64,000 bases of DNA from Podarcis liolepis (Eukaryota). The DNA lies in assembly GCA_965112155.1 (NCBI GenBank), contig OZ218105.1. The stretch is one strand, 5' to 3'. The position numbers and the translations under genes were made by a program. Positions 48,819 through 61,992 of the stretch are shown piece after piece; positions within the stretch are counted from its first letter, which is position 1, and each line of letters begins with the position of its first letter. The notes under the pieces were generated by a model. The model did no database searches, was not told where the DNA came from, and saw only the letters and a program-made list of their open reading frames with translations.

Positions 48819-51154
48819 TGGAGAGAAGTGGGTGGAAAAGCCCTGTTCCATGATTGAACTTCCACTTGCACATCCGTACATCCACTCCATAGAATTTTTA
48901 AAGCATTTCATACAGTTTCTATTTTTAAGATATAAGTTGATGCAATGCTTTGATTTAAGATCTAGATAGGTGGCGCACACAATGGGTCAGAATGGGGGCG
49001 CCATTTCCCCACTGACTAAATTGTAGAATGTTTGTGACCTGTGTTAGTCAACATAGGGAAAGGCCCCATGCTCAGTGCTAGGAAATACATGTTGCATTTA
49101 AGAGGTGCCAGGATCATGTCCTGGCCTGTCCTGTTAAAAGATCCCAGAAGCAAGCCTGGAAAACTTGCCTTTTCTTTTCTGCTACAGGTATTGAATGTGC
49201 TGTCTTTTGGGATCAATATGCTTCCTTTAGCATTTCCACACTGACAAATGAGACAGGAGCAGCACAGTGGGGCCATGTTGCTGAGTCGACCTCCTGGAGA
49301 GTCTCTGACACTTACCAGGGTGGGGCAAGGTGGCAGTGAGGTCATAGCTGCAGAAGTGCACCCATGAGCCAGTCAGGTGGTCTCGCTTGACCTTACCACC
49401 CCCCTGTTTCGCCCCCACCCCCCACCCTATCCAGTTAAGCAGCAGGGACACTAGGGTCTGGAGGGTGACTCCACCCCACCGTGCTGGTCACACCTTGACT
49501 GAAGAGAAACAAATCCATCAGAACTGTTTATTCATCAGTTGCTAGCTGTACAATTCACACATCTTCATTTCTGTATTTCCCTCATTATGGGATGGGATGT
49601 CCCTATTTCCATCGGAGAAATGTTGGAGCTTATGTACACCACCATTCATTATGCATGTTCATATGTTCGCATTCTTACACTTTTTGGTACAACTCCCACC
49701 TATTTATCAGAGGCCATACCCCTAGAAGCAGGTTTTCATGTTGCATTGGTTTCAAACTCAGTTAGTTGAACTAATTTCTTGTTTGTTTAGTCCTGGTGTG
49801 AATCCCACTGCTTTCATTGGGACCTAAGCTTAATTAATTTAGGCAGCAACCCTAAACTCACTTACTTGAGAATAAGCCGCCCCCACCCCTGAATTCAATA
49901 GGGCTTACTTCTGAGTAGACATGGTTAAGTTCATGCTGTCAGTGTTGCTCTCAGCTGCTGGGTTTTGTTTAAGGGATACTTTGTGATTGTTAATGGATAT
50001 GGTGCATTTTTTGAACAGTGTTTATTCATAAGGTTGGGGAAATGTTGACCAATCACTGCAACTATATAGCCACCTTTCTGTGCACTACCATTTGATTTTA
50101 AAATATTTGCTTCTACATCTTCCATCAACCAAGTGCACAAGCTACTTTATAAATATTTTTACCCCATTTATTTTCATTTTATGTTTGTGCCATGGAAGAC
50201 ACTGTAGTCCAGCAGCAGTTTCCCATACTACTTAGATTAGAGCAGACACCTGGAACCATGTAGGAGGAGCCACAGTCAGACTCCTCCCATATGGCTGAGC
50301 ACTTCTGACATTATCTTTATAGTGTATCAATAATGCGATGATTCCCAGGTGACGAATGTCCCAAGAGAAGCAGGCCTCACAAACCATTCTTTAACATCAT
50401 TCTGAACATCCTTTAAGTCATTTACTCATAATATATTTTCCTTTTTAATTCTTAAAACAAGACAGAGGCAAAGTAATAGAACAATGCCTTTGCAAAAATC
50501 CCTGTGGGTTTGTTGCTGTTTCTGCCTTACAAGTATGTGTGAGGTCCATATGGGATGGGAGGCATATTTGATTTCTTCCTAGAGCTGCAGTCCTTACAAA
50601 GCTAGACTCAAGTTTATAAATCAGCCCATCCAGTCTGATTAAGTTCATCTAGCTTGTATCTTGCTATATTAATCCCTTGTGTTTTACCAAGCAATCCCTA
50701 CATCCAACTGGCACCATCTATATACCACAGTAACGACATGGAAGCTTTTCATAATGCAGAGCTCTGGTGGAGTAACCTATATTTAACATGTCAAGGCTTA
50801 TTTGGTTGATGCTACAAATTCGTTCCATAGTTGCTGCATTACAGAACTGTTTTAAAACCTGATCTCAAGCTTTTTTAAAAATAGCAATTGCCACTAACAA
50901 AATAAGATCAAGATGTAAAAAAGAAAAGAAAAGAAAAGGTTATGTGTGGATATTTAGCAAAGAGGTCATGAACAACATTCATATTCATGCTCTGTCCATC
51001 TCTCATTGTGGGCTGCATGTGTGTGTGTGTTTCATTACAGAGACCCATAAATCAGGTAAGCTTGAAATGCTTGGTTGTAGACGGTCTTGGAGCAATTCAC
51101 TTTATTTTGCCCAAATTGTGTGGAGAAGGAATTGCACTTTATATTAGGGCTCTG

Positions 51155-51158
<4 letters not shown>

Positions 51159-51189
<31 letters not shown>
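51159..51189. repeat. (CA)n microsatellite
   Basis: Direct inspection. Confidence 0.97.
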
Positions 51190-51191
<2 letters not shown>

Positions 51192-51894
51192 ATCTGCCCT
51201 GTGGGCTCCATCTGTGGCCCCATGCAAAGGAAGCTGCTCGCTAAGGAGCAACACCATCACAAAACAGGATTGTACCCTTCTGCTTAAGAGCTGTGAGGTG
51301 CTCCTTCTTTGCGACGGGCTATTCCTGTACTATAGCACCAGGGTGCTCTCAGACCATTCTTTAACATGCTCTTAGTTGGCAACCCAATGAAGATTTACCA
51401 CACCTCTGGAAAAACTGCTGAAATTCAATGGCTTGTCATGTTGCCATGGATTTTAGCTGACTTTCAAGCTGGTCAGATAGTAATGCAATCACACTCTCTA
51501 TTTTCCAAACTCTGAATGGATTTACCCAACATACACACTCATCACATCCAATTTCTCCAGGTAACTGTGTTCTCAGTTCAATTTAGGCGATCCTGGGCAA
51601 TATAAGCTTTATTCTGTAGGGTTACAAAACTGGCATCAAGTTAAAAAAAAGGTCACCAACACTAGCCTTGTTAGCATGCCAAGAATAAACTGCCGTGGTT
51701 TGCTCATGTATTTAACCACTTATTTTTAATTTGCTAATGGTCAAGCATGACATAGTTTTCTGGGTGATGTAGAATAAAGTGTTTAATGTACAGAAATGGA
51801 CAACCCAACGTAAACATGACGTGGATGTATTTATTTATAAAGTGCCGCCAGTGTGCATGACATTTCAGAGAGTAATGGCCACAGCCCCATGCCA

Positions 51895-52042
51895 AAGGCA
51901 GGTATCAGGTCCACAAGGTCTGATTCCCAGCATCTCTAGGCAGGGCTAGAAATGTCCCCTGTCTCAAACCCTGAAGAGCTGCTGCAACCTCAGTGTGGAA
52001 AGTACTCACCTAGCTGGACCAATGGGCAGTGCTCCTTCCTAA
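51895..52042 (+). mobile_element. Old tRNA-derived SINE fragment
   Basis: CCCCTGTCTCAAACCCTGAAGAGCTGCTGC...CTAGCTGGACCAATGG shared with the 22850 family. Confidence 0.6.
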
Positions 52043-53199
52043 AGTACATCCCAGCTGTGTGCCAGGCCCCAAATAGAAGTTTCTTTCACATGCCAACATT
52101 ACTTTTGAAACAGGGTCTCAGCCTTTAAAAATTCACCATAAATACAAATCTATCTTCCTTTTGGTAAAGGTTGCTGGGTTCCCTCCCCATCTCTATATTT
52201 TCATACAGGACAGATCTTTGGTATTTATTGTACAGTAAGAAAGTCCCTACCGAAACCCTTGATTTTACAAATCCCACCGAGCACAGTTTTAATCAAACCA
52301 GAGCTTAATTTCCCCCTCCCAATGTTTCTTTTAATGTTGTAATTTTATATCCATTACACAAGGCTGTGGAAGTAAGAGCAGAACTTAATTAAGTTGCACA
52401 CTACAGCAGTGATCCACAGCTCCTTGGGCACAACAGTGGACTTCATGCATACAGCTTGCTGAACATAAGAATGTGGAATATTTTATCCCATGTGGTACCC
52501 TTTGCAAATGCCACCATGTGTTGATGGTGTCCAAAGAGGGACTCTGCAAGTCTTTTCAGATCAGCTTCTCTTATTCAGGAGTCTTTCTACATTGGTGGTA
52601 GCTGGTGCCAATTCAGAGTGGTAGGGCAGAAATCAAGGAGACCAGAGCCAATGATAGACAAAGCCAACTTATTCTAGTTTTGTCTCCCCCCCCCCCAAAA
52701 AAAAAACCCAACCTGCCTCCAACTTTGCTATGAATTAGCCAGTCACTGGGGAAATATTCACTACAGAAAGCTGGAATCAATGGTCAATAAAAGAGGTGGA
52801 GAAACAGGGAACAGTGAGAAGATTTGGCTTCAGTCCTGCACACAATTGGAGTCAATAGGATTTAAGCGGTTGAACTGATGTGCAGGATTATTGCTTTTCT
52901 GAATAAATGGAGCTGTAGGGAAAGCCATACTTTCAGGCCCTTTTCGTAGCTGATCTGTTACTTCCCTTTCTTTTCTTTTAGGAATGACTTATCAGAGACC
53001 CGTTTTGCAGCATGGGATTTGGTTTGATACTATGTCATTCAAACCAATACAAATTTTTCTGAGCTAAGTCTGCAAAGTGATATGGGATCTCTCCCTCTCT
53101 CAATCTGCAGCCTGCATCATTATATCAACTCTACGGTTGTAGCACAACTTAAAGTAACTATAAACAGTAATGTTTTCAACTAATAATATCCTGAATAGG

Positions 53200-53231
53200 C
53201 TTCTTCTTTTTTTATCTTGTAATAGGTAAGT
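53200..53231 (+). other. Candidate recursive splice site (3'ss abutting 5'ss)
   Basis: CTTCTTCTTTTTTTATCTTGTAATAG|GTAAGT, junction at 53225/53226. Confidence 0.35.
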
Positions 53232-54186
53232 GCGGATCACCCCATAACCAGAGTGTAATGAAATTGTCAACATTCTCTTCATTTCTTCGTTTCCTGACAA
53301 ATGGTGTGAACATATCACCTTTTTCTCCTAATGGAAAACCTAACTGGAATATATCAAAATGCTATTAGGTTTTTCATTTTCTACCACAATTTAATGCTGG
53401 AGAATGCGTACAACCTTCATGCGTGCACTACTGTAAAATATTCCTTGTCCCCGATAAAATGACTGCAGTGGGGGATGGGGGGTGGGGATCAAGCAGAATC
53501 GTTCACTTGTTTTGTATTGCAATTCCTTTGTTGCAATCTCTCCCTCCGCCCCAATTTTCTTTTTAATTTTCTGCAAGGGGATTTCCTTCCCTTCACAATG
53601 GCCCACAGATTTCTAATTTTTCTGTGTCAAGAAACATGTGTGTCTAATTCAAGTGTGTGTCTAATTTCAGTGTTGGTGGAGTCAATGGGACTGGCAGAAG
53701 AAGGGGAAATTTAGTCATTAAGAAGACAAGCCACCTTTTTAGCATATGGGATGAACCAAATATGCCATTGCCATACATTTACAGAAGCTTCTTATTGCAG
53801 TATTGTGAGGAAATAAGAGGGATCAAATCCCTATATTCTCCAGAGAAATCTATGCATCCTATTCACTCTTTAATTCATTCTGTCCTGGTTCTTACCAATA
53901 GTGGGACCTACAATAAATCCACACTTGCATGCATAACATCCACATGTCAGTGTAAGAGACAGATGAAGAAATTCGTTTGCCAATCAACGCCTTTCCCTCT
54001 TCTCTCTGATAGGATTGTACAATGTGACATAGATGCATAACTTGAATGCTGTTGTTATTAAGGTATTTGGGAACATACATGTCATAGGGTTGTGGGTCTA
54101 TGGTGGTATATAGGCTGGATAGCACATTCATTTCTTGTTCATTTCTTGCTCACATGCTAAATATTTGGGTGAATCACTTGATATAC

Positions 54187-54560
54187 AGGATGTAGGAGAA
54201 ATTCAGTTCAGATTGCATTAAAAGGCAGATCTAACTAATGAACACTTCTTGAAACACCAAGCAAGCCAAAATCCAGTCAAACCTTCAAAAATTGCACTTC
54301 TCTGAATTTTACAATGCAGTTCTCCAGCCAAATAATATGTACAAAACAGCATATACCAGAGTAAAGTATGCATAAAAATGCAACATTGGAAACAAAAAAA
54401 CTGTATATTAGGGCAATTTTTTTTAAAAAAAACCACACACATTGATGAGGACTTTAAAAAACCCCCAGCAATTTGATGTGGAAATGTGGAGAACTCAAGC
54501 TAAGATTGGAAAAATGAGAAACAGAAAGAAGCTGAAACTGACAGTTTTGTTGATACCTGC
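54187..54560 (+). mobile_element. Old unclassified interspersed repeat (putative non-autonomous DNA transposon)
   Basis: Similar to 44676-45106 (reverse complement) and 8350-8520. Confidence 0.6.
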
Positions 54561-54765
54561 TTATTTATTTTTTTATTTAGAGCATTTGTACCCTGTTCTT
54601 CAGCCAAAAAAGCTCCCAGAGTGGCTTTCATCCAATCAAAGCAGTTCCTACCTACAGGCTTACTAGCTAAGAAAAAAATTACACACAAGGGGAAATGAAC
54701 ATGGAGGGAAGAGGAAAATCAAATTCAAAACTCAGGTACCAATCTCAGGCACCAAACAGCTGGTC

Positions 54766-54835
54766 CTATATAGACTCCAGGAGCTGGATGTGCTGGATGT
54801 GCTATATAGACTCCAGGAGCTGGATGTGCTGGATG
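54766..54835. repeat. 36-bp tandem duplication with internal GCTGGATGT subrepeat
   Basis: CTATATAGACTCCAGGAGCTGGATGTGCTGGATG twice. Confidence 0.95.
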
Positions 54836-55231
54836 GAGCTGGGTCTTTAGCAAAGCTTTTCATTGTTGTTGAAGACGCAGCTAGCAACTGAACTCCCATG
54901 AGTGTTTGAGATGGCTGAAAATCCTCCATTTTGATACTGAATTGGCTTGATCATGCTGGACATTCTAGGAAAATTCTCGGAAGAATCTCTGGGAGCGTTC
55001 CCGAGTGTTCTTCTAAACTCCAAGAGAGGAGTCTGAAAAGGCTCCTCTACCATTACCAGTCTGGTGTTGCTGGCTTCCCTTCTGCCACCATTCTCTACAC
55101 TTTTCTCAAGTTGCCATGTTGTGAAGGAAGAGAGGAACCAGCAGCAGAGAAGACTGGTGAATACTGAAGGCTCATTCTATATTCTTGTGGCCCTTGTTTG
55201 CTATGAAGTCTTCTCAACATTTTCAGAGCTA

Positions 55232-55375
55232 AGGATGGGCCATAGCTCAGTGGCCAAAGAGATACTTTGCATGCAATTAGAACAGGGAAAGGATTTCATC
55301 TGAAACCCCTGGGCACTGCTGCTAGTCACTGTAAAAAAAACTGAACTAGATGGACTGATGGTCTGAGTCAATATA
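55232..55375 (+). mobile_element. Old tRNA-derived SINE, internally deleted
   Basis: GGGCCATAGCTCAGTGG A-box, then TCTGAAACCC...CTAGATGGAC. Confidence 0.65.
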
Positions 55376-56175
55376 GATTATTAAGCGTGATTGGCATTGT
55401 CAATATTTATTCCTCATGGACTCAGTCTGAACTATTTGAGACAACCGGTGTGGGATATGATCTTAACGCTCACAATGGAGAAAGGTCCTTGCATACAGAA
55501 AACCAGAACCACCAGAGAGTGCTCTCAGTTTTCTCCCTGAGATTCTAGTTCACAATATGCAGAGCATGTCTGTTTTGCATTAGGAAGAACTAAGAAATGT
55601 GACGCTCACCTTCAGCCTGAAGTGGTATTGTTCTAGAAGGCCTCCGACCTCCATGATGTGTCAATAAGACCTCACTACAGCTGCTACTATTTTGAAATTT
55701 AATTAGCACTATGTGAGATACGGAATTGCATATTAACCGTATTTACTCAAGTCTAATGTGCACCCTTTTTTTGCAAAATTACACTCTGAAAAAGTGGGTG
55801 CACATTAGAAACGACGGAGCATTAGACTCAAGAAAATATGGTATTCTATATATGTATATAATTTTAATTAAATTTTCCATTTTAAGAATCCAATCAAACA
55901 ACATTAAGTACTCCAAATTATACAAATACATATCATATAGTCCCAATATTCTGCCAAATTATAAATTTTGTTGGGGCTTCCCATGCTTCAAGTTCAGTGG
56001 GGCTCTAATCATCTTATGTTTCTACTGCCTTGAGTTTCCAATAGTTCCTTCTTTAAATCTTCCTATTGTTATCCTTCCTTCTTTTCATGGCCTCTGAGTT
56101 GTATCCACAGGCGAGTTGAAATAAACAATAATGTGCTTCTATGTTAAATTTGTATGACTCTCCTTTTTTTTGCAG

Positions 56176-56178
56176 CTG
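56176..56178 (+). other. Candidate 3-nt microexon (CTG)
   Basis: 58-nt AG-free zone, TGACTCTCCTTTTTTTTGCAG|CTG|GTAAGC. Confidence 0.35.
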
Positions 56179-57087
56179 GTAAGCCTGTTGTTTGCGGAAT
56201 GTCCTCACACGCTGGTGTTTATGCCGAATCAATCCAAAAGTCCTTCTCTGGTGGCAGATGCCATCTTCACTCAGTTCCGATGAAATAAAATCTAGGCGTT
56301 TGCCCATTAATTTTCTCAGACAGACAGGTTGCATCAAACATTAAAATTTAATTGTATCATTTGCTTTTAAAATGGAGTGTATAAATAAGGGCTGAGGAAC
56401 CTGTGATCTTCTGGATGTTTTTGGATGCAGATCTTACTCGTTTGTGCTGTTTGGGACCACAGATCCCCCATTTCTTGTTTATATAAAGAATACTCTTTTA
56501 TTCCAGGAATTTTCCTGTAATGGTTTGGTTTTTTTGTTTTTTGTTTTGGTTATACGAACAATAAATGCATATCGTGTTTTGCAGAGTACAGTAAAAGAGA
56601 AAGAGCTCCCTGCCCCAAGGACCTTACAATCAATACATGCAAACATGCAAAAGAGAAAGTCACAGGACGAGTCCAAGTAGCACAGGTTCAGTGAGTGAAA
56701 CAATGTTCTATTAATACAAATGAGCAAATAACCTAATAAGAAGTTTGAAAGCGCATATTAGATACCAGATAGAAAAGAGTACAATATTTTGATTAGCCTG
56801 TGCAGATGTAAAGGGCTGTGTTTGCAGCAGAGTTAAAATATGTCAGCTAGTAGATCTGTTCCACGGAGTCTCTGAAGACAGGTGCTGAACTCTTTTCTCT
56901 CATCAGTGCATTGCAGCTATTGTCTCAGCTAGGGACATCATCAGTCCCTAGGAAAAGTCGAGATCAAATGCAGAGGTCATTAACTAGCACCTTTTGGTCT
57001 TATAATAATAACATCCCAATTGCACACATGGCAATTTACATAGCATTACCCAATGTGCTTTGTGCTGCAATTTGACTTTTAGAGGTC

Positions 57088-57222
57088 NNNNNNNNNNNNN
57101 NNNNNNNNNNNNNNNNNNNNNNNNNNNNNNNNNNNNNNNNNNNNNNNNNNNNNNNNNNNNNNNNNNNNNNNNNNNNNNNNNNNNNNNNNNNNNNNNNNNN
57201 NNNNNNNNNNNNNNNNNNNNNN
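57088..57222. other. Assembly gap
   Basis: Run of N. Confidence 1.
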
Positions 57223-58102
57223 CATACATTTACATGTCCTGCCGAATTCCTTTTTGGCAGCTTCTGCGAAACAAAGATATTGAATTGTACAGGGATGCCT
57301 GAAAATGTCCCCATTTTTAAAACACATACACACAAACCATCTATAAGATAAAACCTTAGATGTGTCAGCCCAATTAACACCTGGCTAGTTTAGGTTTCCA
57401 GAACATTCCTGCATATGTAAACAAGCAGTAATTTTTATAATCCCTCTGTAGATAGTCTTTGTGTCTTATTTTTAATTAGTGATTTGAAATATCTACCTCA
57501 TTCGTTTTCTTCAGGCTTAGCCGCTCATACTGGATGTTTCATCCACTAGATATCTGTCAGAAATTTGGATTGGATACCCATTACTGAGATTGATAGCCAT
57601 TATCAAACCTCAAAATACGTGTGTGTTCCTTTTTAAATATTAGCTGCCACACTGTGATAAGTTGTGTTTGGTTGTATGTTGCATGGCATAATGCATAACC
57701 CAATGGGGCTGAGTTTTGAAAGAGGAGCACAATTTATATTTTAAAGCTCAGAGACGGAGAACAGAAGCAGAGTGGACAACAAAAATAACAAAAAGGAGCA
57801 ATGTGTGGAGAGACAGGAAGAGAGAGAGAGAGAGATTTGACATCATTTTGGTCAGCAATAACATGTACTGAAAATAACTATCTGTGCTCCACCTGAATAG
57901 GGCTGTGTTGTGCATATATCCCATTTTTTAAATAAAAAAGCTGGATTCCTGCTGAACAGTAGTTTGCTAGACTGGAGATGGCAGATGTGGCACTGAATCA
58001 AGCCCCCTGCTTGACTTGTGTGGGATTTCTGGATTTTTGTGGTATGTGTTTTTTTTAAGCATTCCATATGATAAGTTCTGGTTTCTGACAGGTGGAGGGA
58101 CC

Positions 58103-58301
58103 TACGGTTGCCACCCATCTGGAATTTCCCGGACATATCCGGAATACTGCTACCAGCAGCAATGTCCGGACAGAAATCGCAGTGTCATTTTTGCTGATTT
58201 TCCATAAAAATAGCTCAAAAACGGTAATTTTTTTGCTATTGACAAAAAAGGTCAAGAAATTTTCAGTCTGGATTTTCACTGTTTGAAATATGGCAACTCT
58301 A
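58103..58301. mobile_element. hAT-like MITE
   Basis: TIRs TACGGTTGCCA...TGGCAACTCTA, internal CCGGA repeats, TSD not preserved. Confidence 0.65.
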
Positions 58302-58342
58302 AGATCTTTGCATTTGTGATTTCCCATCCAGTTATGTATATA

Positions 58343-58529
58343 CAGTGGTACCTGCGGTTGTGGAAGGGATCTGTTCCAGAGCTCCGGTTAGATCCCGAGG
58401 TTTCCTCAACTGGAGGGACCACTTCTGCGTATGCGCGCATGTGAAACCTGGAAAAATACTTCCGGGTTTGCCTCGTACGTATCCTGAAAGATACGTAACT
58501 GGAGGTGAACGTAAGTAGAGGTACCACTG
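58343..58529. mobile_element. Tc1/mariner MITE (related subfamily)
   Basis: TA-CAGTGGTACCT...AGGTACCACTG-TA. Confidence 0.9.
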
Positions 58530-59349
58530 TAAGGATACAAGAAGGCTGCCTGTGTTTGTCACAACTGGTGCTATTTCCATTCCACTCCAGTTCAGTTTCT
58601 GTCAAGTATTGTCTTGCTGCCCACTATTTAACATACGTTACATAACTTATGTAACTATTCACGTAACTTGCATCACTTAATTCATTTCAGTGTAAAAGCG
58701 ATGTCAAAAGACTTTTTTTTTTAAAAAAGTGTATCATTTGACAATTCTAGCAAACCTTTACTTTATGTAAACCTTCAGCACTTAGGAAAAATGTTGAATA
58801 GCTGCCGGGTAATATTATCGTTAAAACTTGGTTCTGGAGGTTTTACTGCTGAAAACCAAAAGTAATATTGATCGAGTCACAATTAAGCGCTTTAAATCCC
58901 CCTTAATTTCAGTGGGAAATTATATAAGAACAAGGTTCAAGAATGAAACACTGGAAGTGATTTTAACTGGATACCGCAAACAGGTATATACAGAAAAACA
59001 TTAGTGGTGACTAAGGCCTGATTTATTATTCTGTTGCTTCCATCAATAACTTTTGACTAACCTTTGCTTGGTTGTGTCCACAATGGGAGTAGAGCCTTTT
59101 GCTTCCGCTTGAAATCATTCTTACAAGAAAGAATGGCCTCAAGGCACATGATGGTGCAAGTTAAGCAGGTTTGGTCCTGTAACCTGCATAGAGGGAAGAC
59201 CACCGAGGAGCCAAAAGCTTTCTGTGAACTGTTTGAGGAAAGGGAAGGCACGAGAGTAATAAATGAATAAAGAGAGACAATGGACAGTTTTCAACTAAAT
59301 AATTGTGCAAGCACAACAGCTTGCATTTGTGCAACAGTACTTCTTTCCC

Positions 59350-59623
59350 TCACTGGAAGGACAGATCGTGAAGCTGAGGCTCCAATACTTTGGCCACCTC
59401 ATGAGAAGAGATGACTCCCTGGAAAAGACCCTGATGTTGGGAAAGATGGAGGGCACAAGGGGAAGGGGATGACAGAGGACCAGATGGTTGGACAGTGTTC
59501 TTGAAGCTATCAGCATGAGTTTGACCAAACTGCGGGAGGCAGTAGAAGACAGCAGTGCCTGGCGTGCTCTGGTCCATGGGGTCACGAACAGTCGGACACG
59601 ACTAAACAACAACAACAATAACA
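59350..59623 (+). mobile_element. BovB (RTE) LINE 3' fragment
   Basis: Encodes KLRLQYFGHLMRR.DSLEKTLMLGK.EG.R.RG..RTRWLD...AWRA.VHGVT.SRTRL, with a (CAA)n tail and 11-bp TSD ACTTCTTTCCC (59339-59349, 59624-59634). Confidence 0.96.
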
Positions 59624-59787
59624 ACTTCTTTCCCCAAATCAGTTTTGGGGGTTGGAGGAACCCCCAGAACAGATTTAGAGGACACACATGGGAATGAGAG
59701 GGGAGAAAGTCCTGCTGTGCAAGTGTACGTTGTTGCAGATGCAGATGTTGCAGTTGTGCAAATAAATTTCATTCATTCCAATGAGGC

Positions 59788-59963
59788 ATGGAATATGGGA
59801 AGTTGCTATAAATCAAGTCATACTATTTGTCCATCTAGTTCAGTATTGTCTACACTGATTGGCAGAAGCTCTCCAGGGATTCAGACAGGGGGATATCCCC
59901 AGCCTTAGCTGGAGATGTTGGTGATTGAACCTTGAACCCCCTCCTCTTCCAATGAGCTATGGC
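59788..59963 (-). mobile_element. Old tRNA-derived SINE
   Basis: Matches 28131-28240, with GATTGAACC and TGAGCTATGGC as reverse B and A boxes. Confidence 0.75.
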
Positions 59964-60226
59964 ATACCTTCCAATATGTCGAAGCGAAAAACCAGAATGC
60001 CATCTTCTGGGTCTCTGCTCCTGTGAGAGTCACATGACCTCCATAAGATCACGGCCCTGAAAGAGTGCTTTTTCAGGTTCATGCTCTCTCGTGAGAGCAC
60101 AGCACCTCAAAACGAGCATTTTGGGGCACCATGTGAGATCGCAAGCCCGAAAAAGTGCTTTTTGAGGGTGAGATCAGAGTCCCTAAAATGGCCACCATGC
60201 TCTCATGTGAAAAAACCTGGTACTGT
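59962..60226. mobile_element. Putative non-autonomous DNA transposon with internal subrepeats
   Basis: Starts GCATACCTTCCAA and has repeated GAGATC.C..CCC.GAAA.AGTGCTTTT units. Confidence 0.4.
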
Positions 60227-61704
60227 TTTAATTAAGTGATGAAACTTTTAAAAAAAACCGAGGGGGAGCACAGAGAGGAATCAGTTGCTTCTTTCAACAA
60301 TTCCTTGAAAAAGAGCAGGGTGTTAAAACAAACCGCCTGCTTTTATTTTCAAAAGTGGAAAGGAGTGGGAGGGGGAGAGGAACTCAGGAGCCAAATATAA
60401 TCTCTCCATTAGTATTATTAATAGCATTCGGCTTGCTTCACATGCTTTAAATCAGGTGGCATTGTCATGAGCATTGTATTTGCAAGCACTGTCGGAGCTA
60501 CTGAAGACTCTGGTAAAAGCACAGAAGTACCTTCAGAGCAACTGCAAGAGGCCTTTGGGGAACAATAGGGTTACCTACAGTGCGCCAAGATATTAGGGGG
60601 AAAGCCCAACAAGTTGCGCTATTATCCTTCGATGGCTGCATACTGCTTGACCCAGCTTCATTTTAACAAGCGCTGAAATCAGTTCACAATCATGCGATTC
60701 TCTCCCTCTGCCCCCCTCCAGTTTTGCTTTGGTATGGCTAATTTGCACTGTGTTCAGATTCCAGGGGGTGTCTTCTTATTTTTGGTACTGCCTCCCAACC
60801 CCCGCTCTGCTTCACCCCTCACTTTCCATCTGAATGTCTGTTTTTAGGAAAGAGAAACTCTGAGAATTATTTAATTATTGCCAATGTATATCTCTGTCAA
60901 GATAATTAAGTAGAAAGAAGCCCTTGGCAGGAAGACAATAGCATGAAGTAAGGCAAGAATTTGGAAACAATGGTAATAGTGTCATTAGTCCCATAAAATT
61001 CTCCAGGCTTGTCGGAATCATTCAGCACAAACAATGTGGGACGCCGTTATAAAAGCCTTGTCTAACTAGGAAGTAATTTCTGTTTGGAGTTTGCTGGGTT
61101 GTTTTGTTAATTAATCTCCTCAAGGTTGGTTGCCTTGTTGAATAAAAATGCATTTAGCATGCTGCGTGGATGCTTTGCACCATACTGGGCAAGCAGGACT
61201 CAAGTTGCATTAGTCTACATTGCCACAAGAGAGCCATGGGCAAGAGGACAATGAATGAAGCAGCTGGGTAATTAATCACAATCCTGCTTTCCAATAATGT
61301 ATCCCTCCGTATTTTATATTCCAGAAAGCTTAAACAAAAAAATCACCTAAATTTGCCTTTTGGCCTCTTGTAGGTCCTTTTGTCTTCTTCCATTGGAACA
61401 CAACCTTTCAAGCTCTGTTCAGTTTATAGCACAGCTACGCATAGCAAAAAGCAAATAGTGCATCCAAAATAACATACTACAATTTGGTACTATGTTCCAG
61501 CTGAGTTTTTAATTAATTTTTTTAATGAATGTTTTGATTTATTTTTATCCCCCTTTTCTGCTCAATCTCATAAAATGGAGCACAGCAAACCAAATCAATG
61601 CGGTGAAGTTGGTATACTAAAAACAAAAAGGCAATATTAAAATGATAACCTATAAATTATAAGAGAGTACCCAATTGGTATGAATGCCTGCAGAACAGAG
61701 GAGG

Positions 61705-61992
61705 GGAATCTCTTTCAGCTGGGGGCCACATTTCCTCATGAGCAACCTTCAGTTGCCTGCATGCTAGTGGTGGGTGGGGCAAGAGGCAACAAGTGAGTGA
61801 AGCAATGGATTCACAGATTCAGAGGGTACTATGCAACTCTTCATAGTGGCAAGTAAGATGTACTATGAGAGTTGCAGATTTGCAAAAGCTCATTGGGAGT
61901 ACAGATCAGGTCCAGTGAGTGCTCAGCCTGGGAACAGCCTTGAAGGCCAGATAAAGAGGCATGGAGGTCTGCACGTGGTTCTCCATCCCATC
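61705..61992. mobile_element. Old hAT (Charlie-like) non-autonomous element
   Basis: GGGGAATCT...GGGGGCCACATT at the left end, GGTTCTCCATCCC at the right end. Confidence 0.45.

Noticed and set aside
49165-49340. Strong acceptor followed by an open frame (GIECAVFWDQY...)
   Set aside because: No convincing donor and no recognised homology. Isolated acceptors are common in introns.
22458-54835. 34-bp and 36-bp direct repeats as CRISPR-like arrays
   Set aside because: Each is a two-copy tandem duplication without spacers, in vertebrate DNA.
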